Assembly: GCA_963706325.1 (NCBI GenBank)
Contig: CAVPLT010000007.1
Location: 224,001 to 288,000 of the forward strand
Source of the DNA: an uncultured Nitrospiraceae bacterium
GTDB lineage: Bacteria > Nitrospirota > Nitrospiria > Nitrospirales > Nitrospiraceae
DNA: 64,000 bases
Reading direction: 5' to 3'
Both the position numbers and the translations under genes were made by a program. Below the pieces are notes generated by a model. That model was not told where the DNA came from. It did no database searches and was given only the letters and a program-made list of their open reading frames with translations. This document shows positions 21,667 through 31,906 of the stretch, piece by piece (the stretch's first letter is position 1; each line of letters opens with the position of its first letter).

Positions 21667-23166
21667 ATGGACGATGAGTGTAGTGTATATCGGGGCGCGG
21701 TGAAAATCCTGGGCTTGGTGCTGCTGGTCTGGACGGCATTCTTCGGTTGCGCGAGGAATCCGGTGAGCGGCATGCCGGAGATTACGATGGTTTCCGTGGA
21801 ACAGGAGAAAAAGATCGGAGCCGAAGAGGCGAAAAATGTGGAACAACAGATGGGACTTCTCGATGACCTGCAACTGACCAGCTATCTTGAAGAGCTGGGA
21901 CAGCGCCTTGTCAAAGAATCGCCGCGCCAGGACATTGCCTATCAGTTTCGTGTGGCAGACCAGATCGAGCCAAATGCCTTTGCCTTGCCTGGAGGCTATG
22001 TCTATGTGACCCGGGGCCTCCTGGTTCTGACGAACTCTGAGGAGGAGTTGGCGGGCGTCGTCGGACATGAAATCGGTCACGTGGCAGCCCGTCACAGCGT
22101 GCAAAAAATCTCCAAACAAGGACCCTTTGCCGTGGTGTTCGGGGTTGCGTCCGGGCTCACCGGTCTCATCAGCCCGCTGGTCGGCAATATCATCGGCGGA
22201 ATCGGAGATGTGACGCAGAGCCTCATCTTTTCTCCATACAGCCGCAGCCAGGAGACGCAGGCGGACCGTATTGGGCAGGACATGGCCGCAAAAGCCGGTT
22301 GGGATCCTGCAGGTTTGACGGCCTTTCTTACCACCCTGGAGCGTGAAGTCGAATTCGTGACAAAAGGACCGGAACGCCATAGTTTCTTCGATTCTCATCC
22401 GGCCACTCCGGATCGGGTCGCCAAAACCCGGGAACATGCGAAAGAACTCACACAGGTGAAGCGCGCTCCCATTAGTCCGTCGCGCGATGCGTTTCTCGCC
22501 CGATTGGACGGTCTGGCTGTCGGTCAGCGTGCGGCCAATGGGATCGTCCGAGGCAGCACGTTCATTCACCCGGACTCCAATTTCTTCATCGAATTCCCGC
22601 AGAAATCACACGTGGCGAATTCTCCACGCCATATCGTTGCCGTGACGGCGGACGGAGATGCCGCGATCGCCGTCAGCGTCGTGGCGGAGGGAAACGACCC
22701 TATGGATGGCGCCAGAGCAGTGGAACGGTCGACAAAATCACCCGTCGTCGATCAGACAAGGGCCCTTACAATCAATGGGCTTCCAGCTGCCGAAACCCAT
22801 CTGAATGCCAGCGCCAAGGTGGGTATCGACATGATCTGGATTGCCTATCGCGGCCAGATCTATCAGGTGGCCGGAGTCGCACCAGTTGAACGGTCGGACG
22901 CATTCCACGGACTCTTCCTTGCCACTGCCAGGAGCTTCCGTCCGTTAGCGGCTGACGACCGGGCCGGATTGACCGAGACCAGGATCCGATTGGTGCGGGC
23001 GCATGCGGACGATACGCTCGATGCGCTCGCTGCCCGTTCACATTCGGCCTGGACGAAGGACGAAATCGCGGTGGCCAATGGACTTTCTGTTGACCAGCGA
23101 TTGAAGAAAGACCTGCTGGTCAAAGTGTCGATTGCAGAACCATATGAGCAGAAGAGGCTTCGGTAA
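21667..23166 (+). CDS. M48 family Zn metalloprotease (lipoprotein, C-terminal LysM-like region)
   Basis: CARNPVSG, NAFALPGG, HEIGH, YSRSQETQAD, SHP. Confidence 0.92.
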   Translation: MDDECSVYRGAVKILGLVLLVWTAFFGCARNPVSGMPEITMVSVEQEKKIGAEEAKNVEQQMGLLDDLQLTSYLEELGQRLVKESPRQDIAYQFRVADQIEPNAFALPGGYVYVTRGLLVLTNSEEELAGVVGHEIGHVAARHSVQKISKQGPFAVVFGVASGLTGLISPLVGNIIGGIGDVTQSLIFSPYSRSQETQADRIGQDMAAKAGWDPAGLTAFLTTLEREVEFVTKGPERHSFFDSHPATPDRVAKTREHAKELTQVKRAPISPSRDAFLARLDGLAVGQRAANGIVRGSTFIHPDSNFFIEFPQKSHVANSPRHIVAVTADGDAAIAVSVVAEGNDPMDGARAVERSTKSPVVDQTRALTINGLPAAETHLNASAKVGIDMIWIAYRGQIYQVAGVAPVERSDAFHGLFLATARSFRPLAADDRAGLTETRIRLVRAHADDTLDALAARSHSAWTKDEIAVANGLSVDQRLKKDLLVKVSIAEPYEQKRLR

Positions 23167-23269
23167 TGCGCTAGCGACCAGCCGCTTATGGAGCTGCAGT
23201 CTGGCCGACCAACAAATGGACGATCCTTGACGGCCCGCTTCTTGGGAGGGGACTCTTGGAATATCTGCA

Positions 23270-23790
23270 AGGGCTTCGTTTCGATTGTGTGCTGCTGACG
23301 CTAGGCATGTTCGCATCGAGCTGCGGTCGTATCGTCAACATCGCGTCGAGCCGACTAACTCCTTTAAGGGACAGGGAACGGTGACGGTCGTACCGTTCCG
23401 CTACGAAGCATACGAAGACCATCGAGTGCGGCCTCGCGAAGTCGAAAAGTATGGAGCCGCGCGGACCGGACTCTTCCTATCGCAGGAGATCGGGGGGGTT
23501 TTATACTGAAGCCTTGAAACGTGAGCTGACGCGTTCCTGGTATACCGTGGAGGAGGCCGGTCTCGCCACCGTTACCGGTTCCGTGGCGCGGTTCTTTGTC
23601 GATTGGCGGCAGACTTAAAGAGTATTTGAACTACGCGCGGTGTATACCATAGCAAAAAGCGGCTTCACGTGGGACTGTTCGTCCATTCAGCGTGGGCCTA
23701 ACAAGTTGGTCTAAGACGGCGTGCTGATTCGAAAGGGATCGGCGGACTGTATGCATCGTTTTATTCAAGCGGCGCAGAATGCGCACATCT
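23270..23790 (+). pseudogene. Frameshifted remnant of an unknown lipoprotein
   Basis: LLTLGMFASS-C then PTNSFKGQGTVTVVPFRYE...LFLSQEIG / YTEALKRELTR in changing frames with stops. Confidence 0.4.
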
Positions 23791-24007
23791 TGTAGCTTTT
23801 TCACTATCGCACGGCAGGTGAATCGCCGCACAGTTTTTTCTCTCCCGTTCTTTCGCAGGACCTATCGCGACCTACTTTGATTGGAGGAAGGTATTCCCCT
23901 TCGAGCAGTAAACGATGTCGTGAAACTCCATCACCTGGACCCACGCGCTGCCATTACGGTAGCACAAAGACGTTGCCAGAAAATCTACGCGTATGCTGGA
24001 GGCCGCC

Positions 24008-24277
24008 ATGTCATTAGAAGAATTCATCGGTTTCTTGGCTGGATTCGGAACAACCTTTGCCTCGTTGCCGGATTTGATTGCGATGCTTCGGCGGCGGTCC
24101 TGCGAAGGCATGAATCCCACCATGGCCACGATCATGGGCACCTTCCAGATCGTATGGGTCTATTACGGGTTCTTGATCCATTCCAACCCGGTGATCGTCT
24201 GGAATATGATCGCCGTCGTGATCAATTCCCTCATGGTCGGCGCCTATTTCTATTTTGCATGTTCAAAGCGGGAATAA
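24008..24277 (+). CDS. SemiSWEET / PQ-loop family transporter
   Basis: 89 aa, three TM; IGFLAGFGTTFASLPD, WVYYG, PVIVWN; GGAGG RBS. Confidence 0.85.
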   Translation: MSLEEFIGFLAGFGTTFASLPDLIAMLRRRSCEGMNPTMATIMGTFQIVWVYYGFLIHSNPVIVWNMIAVVINSLMVGAYFYFACSKRE

Positions 24278-24293
24278 TAGCTCATGTGGATCT

Positions 24294-25832
24294 ATGACAC
24301 CGTTCGTTTGGCAAGGTAGCGCTCGGCTACCGACGTATCTTTTCTGCATAATTGTCTTTTCTTTGATCTTGGCCGGCACAGGCCTTGCCGATGAAACTCC
24401 TTCTCACGCAAGGGCAATGCAGGGTCCCCCTTCACCCTTCGAGCCGTTGCCCGTCAATGAGCCGGTCGGGGGCAGGCCGGAATCGGGCACATTCCCGGGC
24501 ATCTCTCGTTGGCAGAATGACGTGCTGTCCTGGGAGACCGGCGCGGGCCGCAGCTATGTCTTACCGGCCGTAGAAATCCTTGCCTACGAGTTCCTTCTGA
24601 ATCGATTCAATCGCAATTTTGTCGAGCCGAAGGAGGAGTACCAGACAAATGGCGACACGATTTGGAAGAACCTCACTGATTCGAAGTGGGTCATTGACAA
24701 TGACCAGTTTAAGGTCAACCAGTTCCTTCACCCCTATGGTGGCAGCGTCTATTATGGTATTGCGCGATCGGCCGGTTTGAATTTTTGGGAATCTTTTTTG
24801 TACAGCGTCGCCGGAAGTTTTGTATGGGAGATTGCCGGGGAAACAACGAATCCTTCTATAAATGACATGATTTCGACACCTTTCGGCGGTACCTTCCTGG
24901 GCGAGCCTTTCTTTCGAATGGCGAGTTTGTTGCTCGAGAATAGCGACGGAGAGCCAGGCTTTTGGCGAGAACTCGGCGCAGCCGTGATCTCACCTCCAAC
25001 CGGATTCAATCGTCTGGTATTCGGCAACAAATTTGACACCCTTTTTCCGAGTCATAAGCCGGCCACGTTCATGCGCTTGCAGGTGGGAGGAACCCTCTCT
25101 TCCAGTAGCCGCAATGTTTCGTCTGGCGTCGAAGAGAACGGCGCCGTGGCAGATTTCACATTTACTTATGGTTTGCCTGGGCAGCCGAACTATTCGTATC
25201 AGCGCCCGTTTGATTATTTCGACTTTCAGATGCGGGCTGTTACGGCCAACTTTTTGGAAAGCGTCACCAGCCGGGGGCTCCTCTTAGGCACGACGTACGG
25301 GTCCGGTGAATCGACGCGGGGAATATGGGGACTCTACGGAAGTTACGACTACATTTCTCCCCAGGTGTTTCGAGTTTCCAGCACCGCCCTGTCGGTGGGA
25401 ACCACGTGGCAGACGTGGCTCTCGCGCACCGTGGCACTTCAGGGCACCGCTCTCGCCGGGACCGGCTACGGAGCGGCTGGTAGTATCGAGGCAACGGGGC
25501 TACGAGATTATCATTATGGGATGACGCCTCAAGGCTTACTCTCGCTTCGCCTAATCTTCGGCGATCGAGTGATGGTCGACCTTTCCGGACGTGAATATTA
25601 TGTCAGCGACGTGCTGTCCCCCGAGCAGGGCGGATGGGAAAATATTGTGCGCGGTGAGACGTCGGTGACGCTACGGGTCGCCGACCGCCACGGGTTGGCG
25701 CTACGATATCTGTTCTCGCATCGGGACGCCCACTATCCCGATATCGATTATCGGGGCCAGACGGTGGGAACAATTAGTCTCATGTACGTACTCCTCGGAG
25801 AGACCGGATTCGGTGCGGTGGACTGGCGTTAG
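24294..25832 (+). CDS. DUF3943 domain outer-membrane protein
   Basis: Signal peptide; DNDQFKVNQFLHPYGGSVYY...WEIAGETTNPSINDMISTPFGG. Confidence 0.8.
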   Translation: MTPFVWQGSARLPTYLFCIIVFSLILAGTGLADETPSHARAMQGPPSPFEPLPVNEPVGGRPESGTFPGISRWQNDVLSWETGAGRSYVLPAVEILAYEFLLNRFNRNFVEPKEEYQTNGDTIWKNLTDSKWVIDNDQFKVNQFLHPYGGSVYYGIARSAGLNFWESFLYSVAGSFVWEIAGETTNPSINDMISTPFGGTFLGEPFFRMASLLLENSDGEPGFWRELGAAVISPPTGFNRLVFGNKFDTLFPSHKPATFMRLQVGGTLSSSSRNVSSGVEENGAVADFTFTYGLPGQPNYSYQRPFDYFDFQMRAVTANFLESVTSRGLLLGTTYGSGESTRGIWGLYGSYDYISPQVFRVSSTALSVGTTWQTWLSRTVALQGTALAGTGYGAAGSIEATGLRDYHYGMTPQGLLSLRLIFGDRVMVDLSGREYYVSDVLSPEQGGWENIVRGETSVTLRVADRHGLALRYLFSHRDAHYPDIDYRGQTVGTISLMYVLLGETGFGAVDWR

Positions 25833-26300
25833 TATTCCGGCCAGCCTTTTTGTATCATTCCCCTTTTTAAGGCCCTGTCATTTCAGACGGGTCCCGTTTC
25901 CTCTGACGTAGGAAGCTAGATTATATCGCCGCAGTCCCACGGCCGGCGTCTATCGTCGATTTCGAGCTTGGTGGCAGAGCAGAACATATTGAAGGTTCCC
26001 GTATTGGTGCGGCAGGCAGAGGCTGCATTGCGGGTGAAGGAGTCGAATGATAGGCGTTCGTCCCAATCGTTCACGACTTCCATAGGCTCCGCGATTTGAC
26101 AAATGGCAAGTGGCACGCGGATGCTCAGGCTGAGGTAGCAGCCAAGGTAGGCGAAATGGGCGTGGCAGGAAGCGGCGAGACAAGTGATCTTACAAAAAAA
26201 ATGGCGATTCCTTATAGGTGCTGACGGATGCGGGAGCTTCCGCCACCGCGACGATTGCCATATAACGGGCGCAACCCTATTCAATGGAATAGCTCGAACA

Positions 26301-27545
26301 ATGCGATTAAAGAATCTATCCAGATCTTGGCGACCGAGAGGTATACGCGGTTGTAGGCAAGCTGTGGCCGCTGTCGCGCTGTTATGTTCGTTCGGAACAG
26401 GATGCGTCGAGTCCGTCCACCCGTCAAAGTTCACGAGCGACAAACGGATGCAGCGTGTCACGGTCCTGACATACAATACCCTGCATGGGCTCGAACCCAG
26501 CGGCTGGACGGTCAAACCGAGTGAGTCACAAGCCGTTCGCGAAGCGCGCCTTAATCGGCAATTCGCGGAGTTGTCCCTGGTTCAACCGGACTTGCTTCTC
26601 CTTCAGGAAGTCAATCCATTGCCTGCGATGGCCGAACGCTATGTCACGGCCCTCAAGCGCCCCGGTGTGGATTACCGTGAAGTGCACCAGGTCGATGCGT
26701 GCGGTGTCCGTCTGGCTCCCGGGCTTGCCGTCGTTCCCGATTTGAACAATGGCTTGGCCGTTCTCGTCAAAGCCCCCCTGACGGTGCGGAAGATTGTCGG
26801 GCTCAAGCTCAGCGGAGGAATGGGAGGTTGTCGGGATCTCATAGGCTTTCAGACAGGCGAGCTTCGATATGCGCTGATCGCTGAGGTCGCAAATCCAGAG
26901 TCCGGCAGAAAACTTCTTGCGGTCAGTCTCCACTTGCATTCAGGCATTGAGCGGGATGCGTTCTTTATTCAGAAGATCGCCGAGGCCGAGGAACAGGGCC
27001 GTGTCCAGCGGGACGACCTCCGCGAGCTGGTGACCTCGCTTCGCCAGAATCAGGATCGACGAATCAGCGAAGTGCGCGTGTTGATCAAGGAGATCGTCAG
27101 GCTTCTGGCTGACGGCGCCTATCTCGGTGCGATTATCGGAGGCGACCTCAACTTTGAAGCAGATTCTCCCGAGTATCGAGAGCTCGAGCAGGCAGGGCTA
27201 CGAGATACCTACATGGTGTCCACTCACCGCGACAACATCTACAGCTACGATCCCCAACAAAACATGATTGCTGCTCAGGAAGAAGCGGAGGTTCCGTCGG
27301 CGCTCCGCGACGCGGTGAGGCATCTTCCGCAGGAGCAACAAGAGAAGGTTTTTGAGGGGTACCGAAATGGCATCGGCCAGGGGAGACGGATCGACTTTCT
27401 GTTTCTTATGCAAACCTCGGCACAGGCTCTCCAAGGGTGCCTGAAGCAGGAACTGTTCGGAGCGCCGACGGTGGTGGATTCCCAGCCTGGATCCGACCAC
27501 TATGGCGTGCTCGATACTTACATTGCCGATCCGTCGCAGTGTTGA
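26301..27545 (+). CDS. Endonuclease/exonuclease/phosphatase family lipoprotein
   Basis: LTYN, LLLQEV, GGDLN, RIDFLF, SDHYGV; FGTG-C. Confidence 0.85.
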   Translation: MRLKNLSRSWRPRGIRGCRQAVAAVALLCSFGTGCVESVHPSKFTSDKRMQRVTVLTYNTLHGLEPSGWTVKPSESQAVREARLNRQFAELSLVQPDLLLLQEVNPLPAMAERYVTALKRPGVDYREVHQVDACGVRLAPGLAVVPDLNNGLAVLVKAPLTVRKIVGLKLSGGMGGCRDLIGFQTGELRYALIAEVANPESGRKLLAVSLHLHSGIERDAFFIQKIAEAEEQGRVQRDDLRELVTSLRQNQDRRISEVRVLIKEIVRLLADGAYLGAIIGGDLNFEADSPEYRELEQAGLRDTYMVSTHRDNIYSYDPQQNMIAAQEEAEVPSALRDAVRHLPQEQQEKVFEGYRNGIGQGRRIDFLFLMQTSAQALQGCLKQELFGAPTVVDSQPGSDHYGVLDTYIADPSQC

Positions 27546-27572
27546 GATTCTCTGCAGGGGGATGGACGAGTC

Positions 27573-27855
27573 ATGAAATGATTGGCTGGCATTGGGATGA
27601 TGTGGTTCGAGCGTCATCCTCGTCGCTGGTGTTCAAGGAATCGCCGCCGGCGAGCATGAGCCGCTCCTTCGTGGAATGACGGCTCAGCAAAGTAGGCCAT
27701 CGTTGAATTCGTGGGCAAAAGTTACCAAGGAAAGCTCTCCTGATTTCGTGCCATAAGCTCAACGCAGCGCAGTATTCGATAACGACGACCCGCTATGGGC
27801 CGAACAGCCGAGCTACTTCCTCGTGCAGTTCCCGTTCGACCGGGTGAGGCATTGA
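27573..27855 (+). pseudogene. Secreted HAD-family acid phosphatase N-terminal remnant
   Basis: Manual translation EPL/PSWNDGSAK*AIVEFV/AKVTKESSPDFVP*AQRSAVFDNDDPLWAEQPSYF; stops, frameshifts, truncation. Confidence 0.8.
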
Positions 27856-28070
27856 CTCCCGGCCCTCGCGGTCTCCGGGCGCCTATTCGCTAGGCGCGCG
27901 CACAGCATTGTCAGGAACTTTCATGAATGACGGGGCCTACCCAGGCCGGAAGGATCGAGTAGGCCTATCGGTTCGATGGGGCCTGGCATCTCATCAGGTA
28001 TGGGGGGCGCCGCGATCCGTTGAATCCCCTCCGACTTGAGCTTGCCGCTGCTGGTGCGTAAAGTGAGAGC

Positions 28071-31000
28071 ATGATAGAGGTAAGAGACCAATCTACAGCC
28101 GCTCCATCGGGAAGGAAGCCGAAAGGTCGCCTCGCGCTTGTCCTGCTTGGATTGGCGATATTGTGTGTCGGCGGGTTACTGGCATTGCCTTGGATCCTCA
28201 ATCGTCCAGTGGTTATGGAGATTCTGAGGACAGACCTCGAACAACGCACGGGTCTCAGTCTATCGGTCGAGGCGTGGCATATCCGGATCTTTCCCTCCAT
28301 CGGGCTGGAATTGTTGCAGCTTCAGGCTCACGATCCCGGCTCACCGACACCGCTGTTCGTGGCCGAACGTCTGGAGATGGCCCTGCAGTGGTTACCGTTG
28401 TGGGAAGGACGGGTTGTCGGCAACGATCTGGTCATCGATCGGCCGCGTCTGACTATCCGCCGATCGGCCGATGGAAGCTGGTCGCTCGAAGGTCGAAAAC
28501 GCGACGTCTCTTCTGATGATCCGGCTCAGCCGTTCGCATTCTTACAGACGGTACGGAATCTGCTGGTGACCGATGGGATGGTGACGGTTGTTGATGACTC
28601 CGGCCTCAGTCCGCGCATTCCCCTGCACATCCTCATAGCGCAAGGCACTCTATCGAGTGAGATGTCGGGTCGCCATGCAAAACTTCAAATCTCGGGTGGG
28701 GTTCCGCAGGAACGAGATCGGGCGGCCTTCACGTGGGACGGTTCGTTGACGCAGAATCAGGAGGGAGGGAGATTACAAGTCGAGGGAGATCTCAGACTTC
28801 ACCACATCGACGTGCGACATGTTCTTTCGTCCTGGGTCGGGGGCGCTGCAGTGCCGGATGGGTCAATCGGGCCGGCGCAACTCACCGCGCATCTTCGAGG
28901 GTCGCCCAGAGGAGAGGATTATGATCTGATCGCCGATGAATGGAGAGCTCAGCTATCGGACATTTCCATGCAAGGGACCGGAGCAGTGGCCTGGCTTGGA
29001 GCCGCTCATCCGCGCTTTTCAATGACCATGTCAGCGGCTCCCATGATGCTGACGCGTCTGCTCATCCAACTGCCCTCCGCCTGGATTCCCGTCGAGGTTC
29101 GAGCGCAACTCGATGGGCATGACGTCGATGGTCTGGTGACCCTGCAGTCCTTGTCGCTGTCCGGCAGGGTCGGGGCTGACACGCCTCCGACTCTCAGTGG
29201 GAGTATCGGATTACGAAATGGCCACATCACCGTTGGTTCTCACTATCCCTCCGTTGAAGCCCTTTCCGCCACTCTCTCGTTCGATGCCGAGCAGATTCGG
29301 CTGACGGATCTTCGCGCCCAGTATGGTCCCATGCATCTGACTGGACAGGAGATCGTCATCACGCAGTGGTTGGATGATCCGCACATCGATGTCAAACTTA
29401 TCGGCGCGGGTTCCCTCAGGGGATTGGTCGAGGCCGCGCGGCGAATTGAGGAAGTATCGTTGGTGCAGGAAGTATTTGCCCGGATGCAGGAAACGACAGG
29501 CGATGTTGAGATGGTCGTCCATCTGGCTGGACAGCCGGCCAGGGGGACCGGACTAGCGCTCGTTGAGGCCGATTTCAGCCTCTACCACGCCGGCTTCCGG
29601 AGTGCTGTGCTTCAGCTCTTTGTCGAACAGGTACAGGCGCGTCTGCACGCCACGCCCAATCTTGTGAGGATCGAGCATCTGGAAGGGCGGGTCGGCCCGG
29701 CCACGCTGGAGGCTCGAGGGGACATGACCTGGATGGGAACCGAAGTCTATTCCGATGTGAGATTGAACATGCGCGCGGATTCCTCCAACGTCTTGTCATG
29801 GCTGGCGGAGGATGCCGACATCGGTTTCCGACCTGGGGTGGAGGGGCACATCGACCTGCGCGCCGCCGTCACCGGTACCGTGGAACATCCGCGTTTCGCA
29901 GGGAGGATTGAACTCGAGTCGGCCGGTCTGCACATACCTGAGCTCCTGACCAAGCCGCTCCACGCTCCAGCGGCCATCGAGTTCGATAGCCGTCTGTCCG
30001 AAGGCGGTCTTCTGACCATCCGCCATATCGGACTGTCGTTCTCACCCATTAAAATTGTGGGCGACGGAACTATCCGATTGTTGGAGGATATGGCCTTTGC
30101 GGTGAATGTCTCGTCGGACGCGATATCTCTGAGCGACTTGCCGGTCGGAATTGCGCTTGGGCCGATCAAAGCGGGGATGATGAGCACGCACCTGCACATG
30201 GAAGGTCTCGTGAAGGATCGTGCGTCATGGCGCACATCCGGTCAGGTTCGATTCGACCAAGGCACCATTGCCGTGGAGAGCTTGGACGAGCCGATCCGGG
30301 ATGCGTTCGTGGTTCTGCGATTTGATCAAGACAAAGTCAAGATCGAGCGGATGGCATTTCGTGTGGGCGCGAGCGACTTGCGGGTATCCGGCTCAATCGC
30401 GCATTGGGCGGAGTCTCCGCAAGCGCGATTAGTGGTCGAATCGTCGCAGATCGATGTGAGCGCATTCGGCTCATCACGCCGTAAATCGTCGAAGTCCGCT
30501 CGAAACCGATCCTCCGGAAGCGCCTGGTGGTCTGGCGGCACGGTGAGCGCATTTTTCTTTGCCGACCACGTCTATTATAAAAGGGTTTTGTTGACCGATC
30601 TGTCCGGCCGCATCTCATGGGATCATGGTCTTTTGACGGTCGAGCGGATCAGCGGGGATACCAATGAGGGGCATGTGGGGGGGCAGGTCAAGGCCCGGGC
30701 CGGTCCGCGACGGATCGAGCAGGCACGAGGCACGTTTCACCTGAATGGTATGCCCGCTGAGCATCTTCTGGACCTGATTCAGGAGAAACCGTTCCTGAGG
30801 GGGTGGCTCAGGACGTCGGGGACAGTGCAGGTAGAATTTGAGCGGGAGGGGATTGTGCTGAGCTCATTGACCAGCCGCCGGCCGATCCAAGTTATGATCG
30901 AGAACGGAACCATGCATAACGTGCCGGTGATCGCCACACTTCTGTCGGTCATGAATCTGCCCGCCCTGCTGCAGGGTCAAGTCAACCTTGACAAGGACGG

Positions 31001-31430
31001 CTTGCCGGTCGACCGGTTCAAGCTGGTATTTTCCCTGGAAAACGGCGTGATCGAGGCGACAGAACTTCTGGTCGACAGCCCCATTCTCAAGATCAGTGGG
31101 ACGGGTAAGTATGACATCATTGCGGACCAATTCGACATGGTCCTGGCTACCAGTCCCCTTGGGTCTTATTCAGCCACGCTGAAGCGCATCCCCTTGTTTG
31201 GACATCTTCTAGCCGGGGATCGGCAAGGATTCGATACCGCGGTGTTCGAGCTGAGGGGGAGCGCGAATCACCCCGATTTGCGGTATTTGCCCAGCGAATC
31301 GCTCAAGACGGGCGTGAAGGGGACAGCCCAACTGGCCTTCGATATTCTGGTCAATGCCATCACGCTACCACACAAGGCGTATTCAATGGTCGAGGCGGGG
31401 GTAACGGGGCGTGAGGACGAAGAGTTCTGA
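28071..31430 (+). CDS. AsmA-like / YhdP-like membrane-bridging protein
   Basis: 1119 aa, N-terminal TM anchor, beta-rich repeats, C-terminal IPLFGHLLAG...FELRGS pattern. Confidence 0.8.
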   Translation: MIEVRDQSTAAPSGRKPKGRLALVLLGLAILCVGGLLALPWILNRPVVMEILRTDLEQRTGLSLSVEAWHIRIFPSIGLELLQLQAHDPGSPTPLFVAERLEMALQWLPLWEGRVVGNDLVIDRPRLTIRRSADGSWSLEGRKRDVSSDDPAQPFAFLQTVRNLLVTDGMVTVVDDSGLSPRIPLHILIAQGTLSSEMSGRHAKLQISGGVPQERDRAAFTWDGSLTQNQEGGRLQVEGDLRLHHIDVRHVLSSWVGGAAVPDGSIGPAQLTAHLRGSPRGEDYDLIADEWRAQLSDISMQGTGAVAWLGAAHPRFSMTMSAAPMMLTRLLIQLPSAWIPVEVRAQLDGHDVDGLVTLQSLSLSGRVGADTPPTLSGSIGLRNGHITVGSHYPSVEALSATLSFDAEQIRLTDLRAQYGPMHLTGQEIVITQWLDDPHIDVKLIGAGSLRGLVEAARRIEEVSLVQEVFARMQETTGDVEMVVHLAGQPARGTGLALVEADFSLYHAGFRSAVLQLFVEQVQARLHATPNLVRIEHLEGRVGPATLEARGDMTWMGTEVYSDVRLNMRADSSNVLSWLAEDADIGFRPGVEGHIDLRAAVTGTVEHPRFAGRIELESAGLHIPELLTKPLHAPAAIEFDSRLSEGGLLTIRHIGLSFSPIKIVGDGTIRLLEDMAFAVNVSSDAISLSDLPVGIALGPIKAGMMSTHLHMEGLVKDRASWRTSGQVRFDQGTIAVESLDEPIRDAFVVLRFDQDKVKIERMAFRVGASDLRVSGSIAHWAESPQARLVVESSQIDVSAFGSSRRKSSKSARNRSSGSAWWSGGTVSAFFFADHVYYKRVLLTDLSGRISWDHGLLTVERISGDTNEGHVGGQVKARAGPRRIEQARGTFHLNGMPAEHLLDLIQEKPFLRGWLRTSGTVQVEFEREGIVLSSLTSRRPIQVMIENGTMHNVPVIATLLSVMNLPALLQGQVNLDKDGLPVDRFKLVFSLENGVIEATELLVDSPILKISGTGKYDIIADQFDMVLATSPLGSYSATLKRIPLFGHLLAGDRQGFDTAVFELRGSANHPDLRYLPSESLKTGVKGTAQLAFDILVNAITLPHKAYSMVEAGVTGREDEEF

Positions 31431-31453
31431 AAGGGCAGTGGCGCACGGAACTA

Positions 31454-31771
31454 TTACGGAGAGACGTCGGCGCGAATCTCGAGATCGTTCTTCACCCGCT
31501 TCACACCCTTCACCTGTCGAGCCAATTCAGCGGCCCTGGCCTTGCGTTCTGCCTTGGGAACTGTCCCCATGAGAGTGACTGTGCCATCTTCGGTGGCGAC
31601 GAGAATCTCCGAGAATCCCCCGGAGGGTTCCCCGGCCAGTTGAGCTTCCACGTTTGAGGAAATCACGCTGTCCCGTGGCGTGTCCAATTGCTGACTGTTG
31701 GCGGACCAGCGGCATCCAGAAGCACAAATCAAGGCGAGCAAAACACAAGCCATCAAGTGTAATGGGCGCAT
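31454..31771 (-). CDS. BON domain lipoprotein
   Basis: GTVTLMG...AAELARQVKGVKRVKNDL; ASG-C. Confidence 0.88.
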   Translation of the reverse strand: MRPLHLMACVLLALICASGCRWSANSQQLDTPRDSVISSNVEAQLAGEPSGGFSEILVATEDGTVTLMGTVPKAERKARAAELARQVKGVKRVKNDLEIRADVSP

Positions 31772-31906
31772 AGAACTCCAAAGGTCAGGTCATGAATACT
31801 GATCCGTAAGGATCTTTGCACAGGCAAAAGGCGCTTTTCCAGGTAAGAGTTAAGTGTGGCACACGGAACCTACTAGGCAGCACGCGGCAGCGGCGCGCGT
31901 GATGAG

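Noticed and set aside
21625..22569. Long antisense/alternate-frame ORFs (also 7985-8680, 10784-11527, 15100-15822, 36006-37100, 60629-61435)
   Set aside because: Shadow ORFs of well-supported genes in GC-rich DNA, with no motifs.
23860..23940. Fluoride (crcB) riboswitch-like start GGTGATGGAGTTTCAC on the minus strand
   Set aside because: The 3' GCTRATGACxCCTAC element is absent and no fluoride-related gene follows.
26111..26125. Sigma-54 promoter TGGCACGCGGATGCT
   Set aside because: GG-to-GC spacing is 9 nt, not the required 10; same problem at 14250-14263.
25833..26300. Possible gene remnant in long intergenic region
   Set aside because: No recognisable protein motif in the frames examined.
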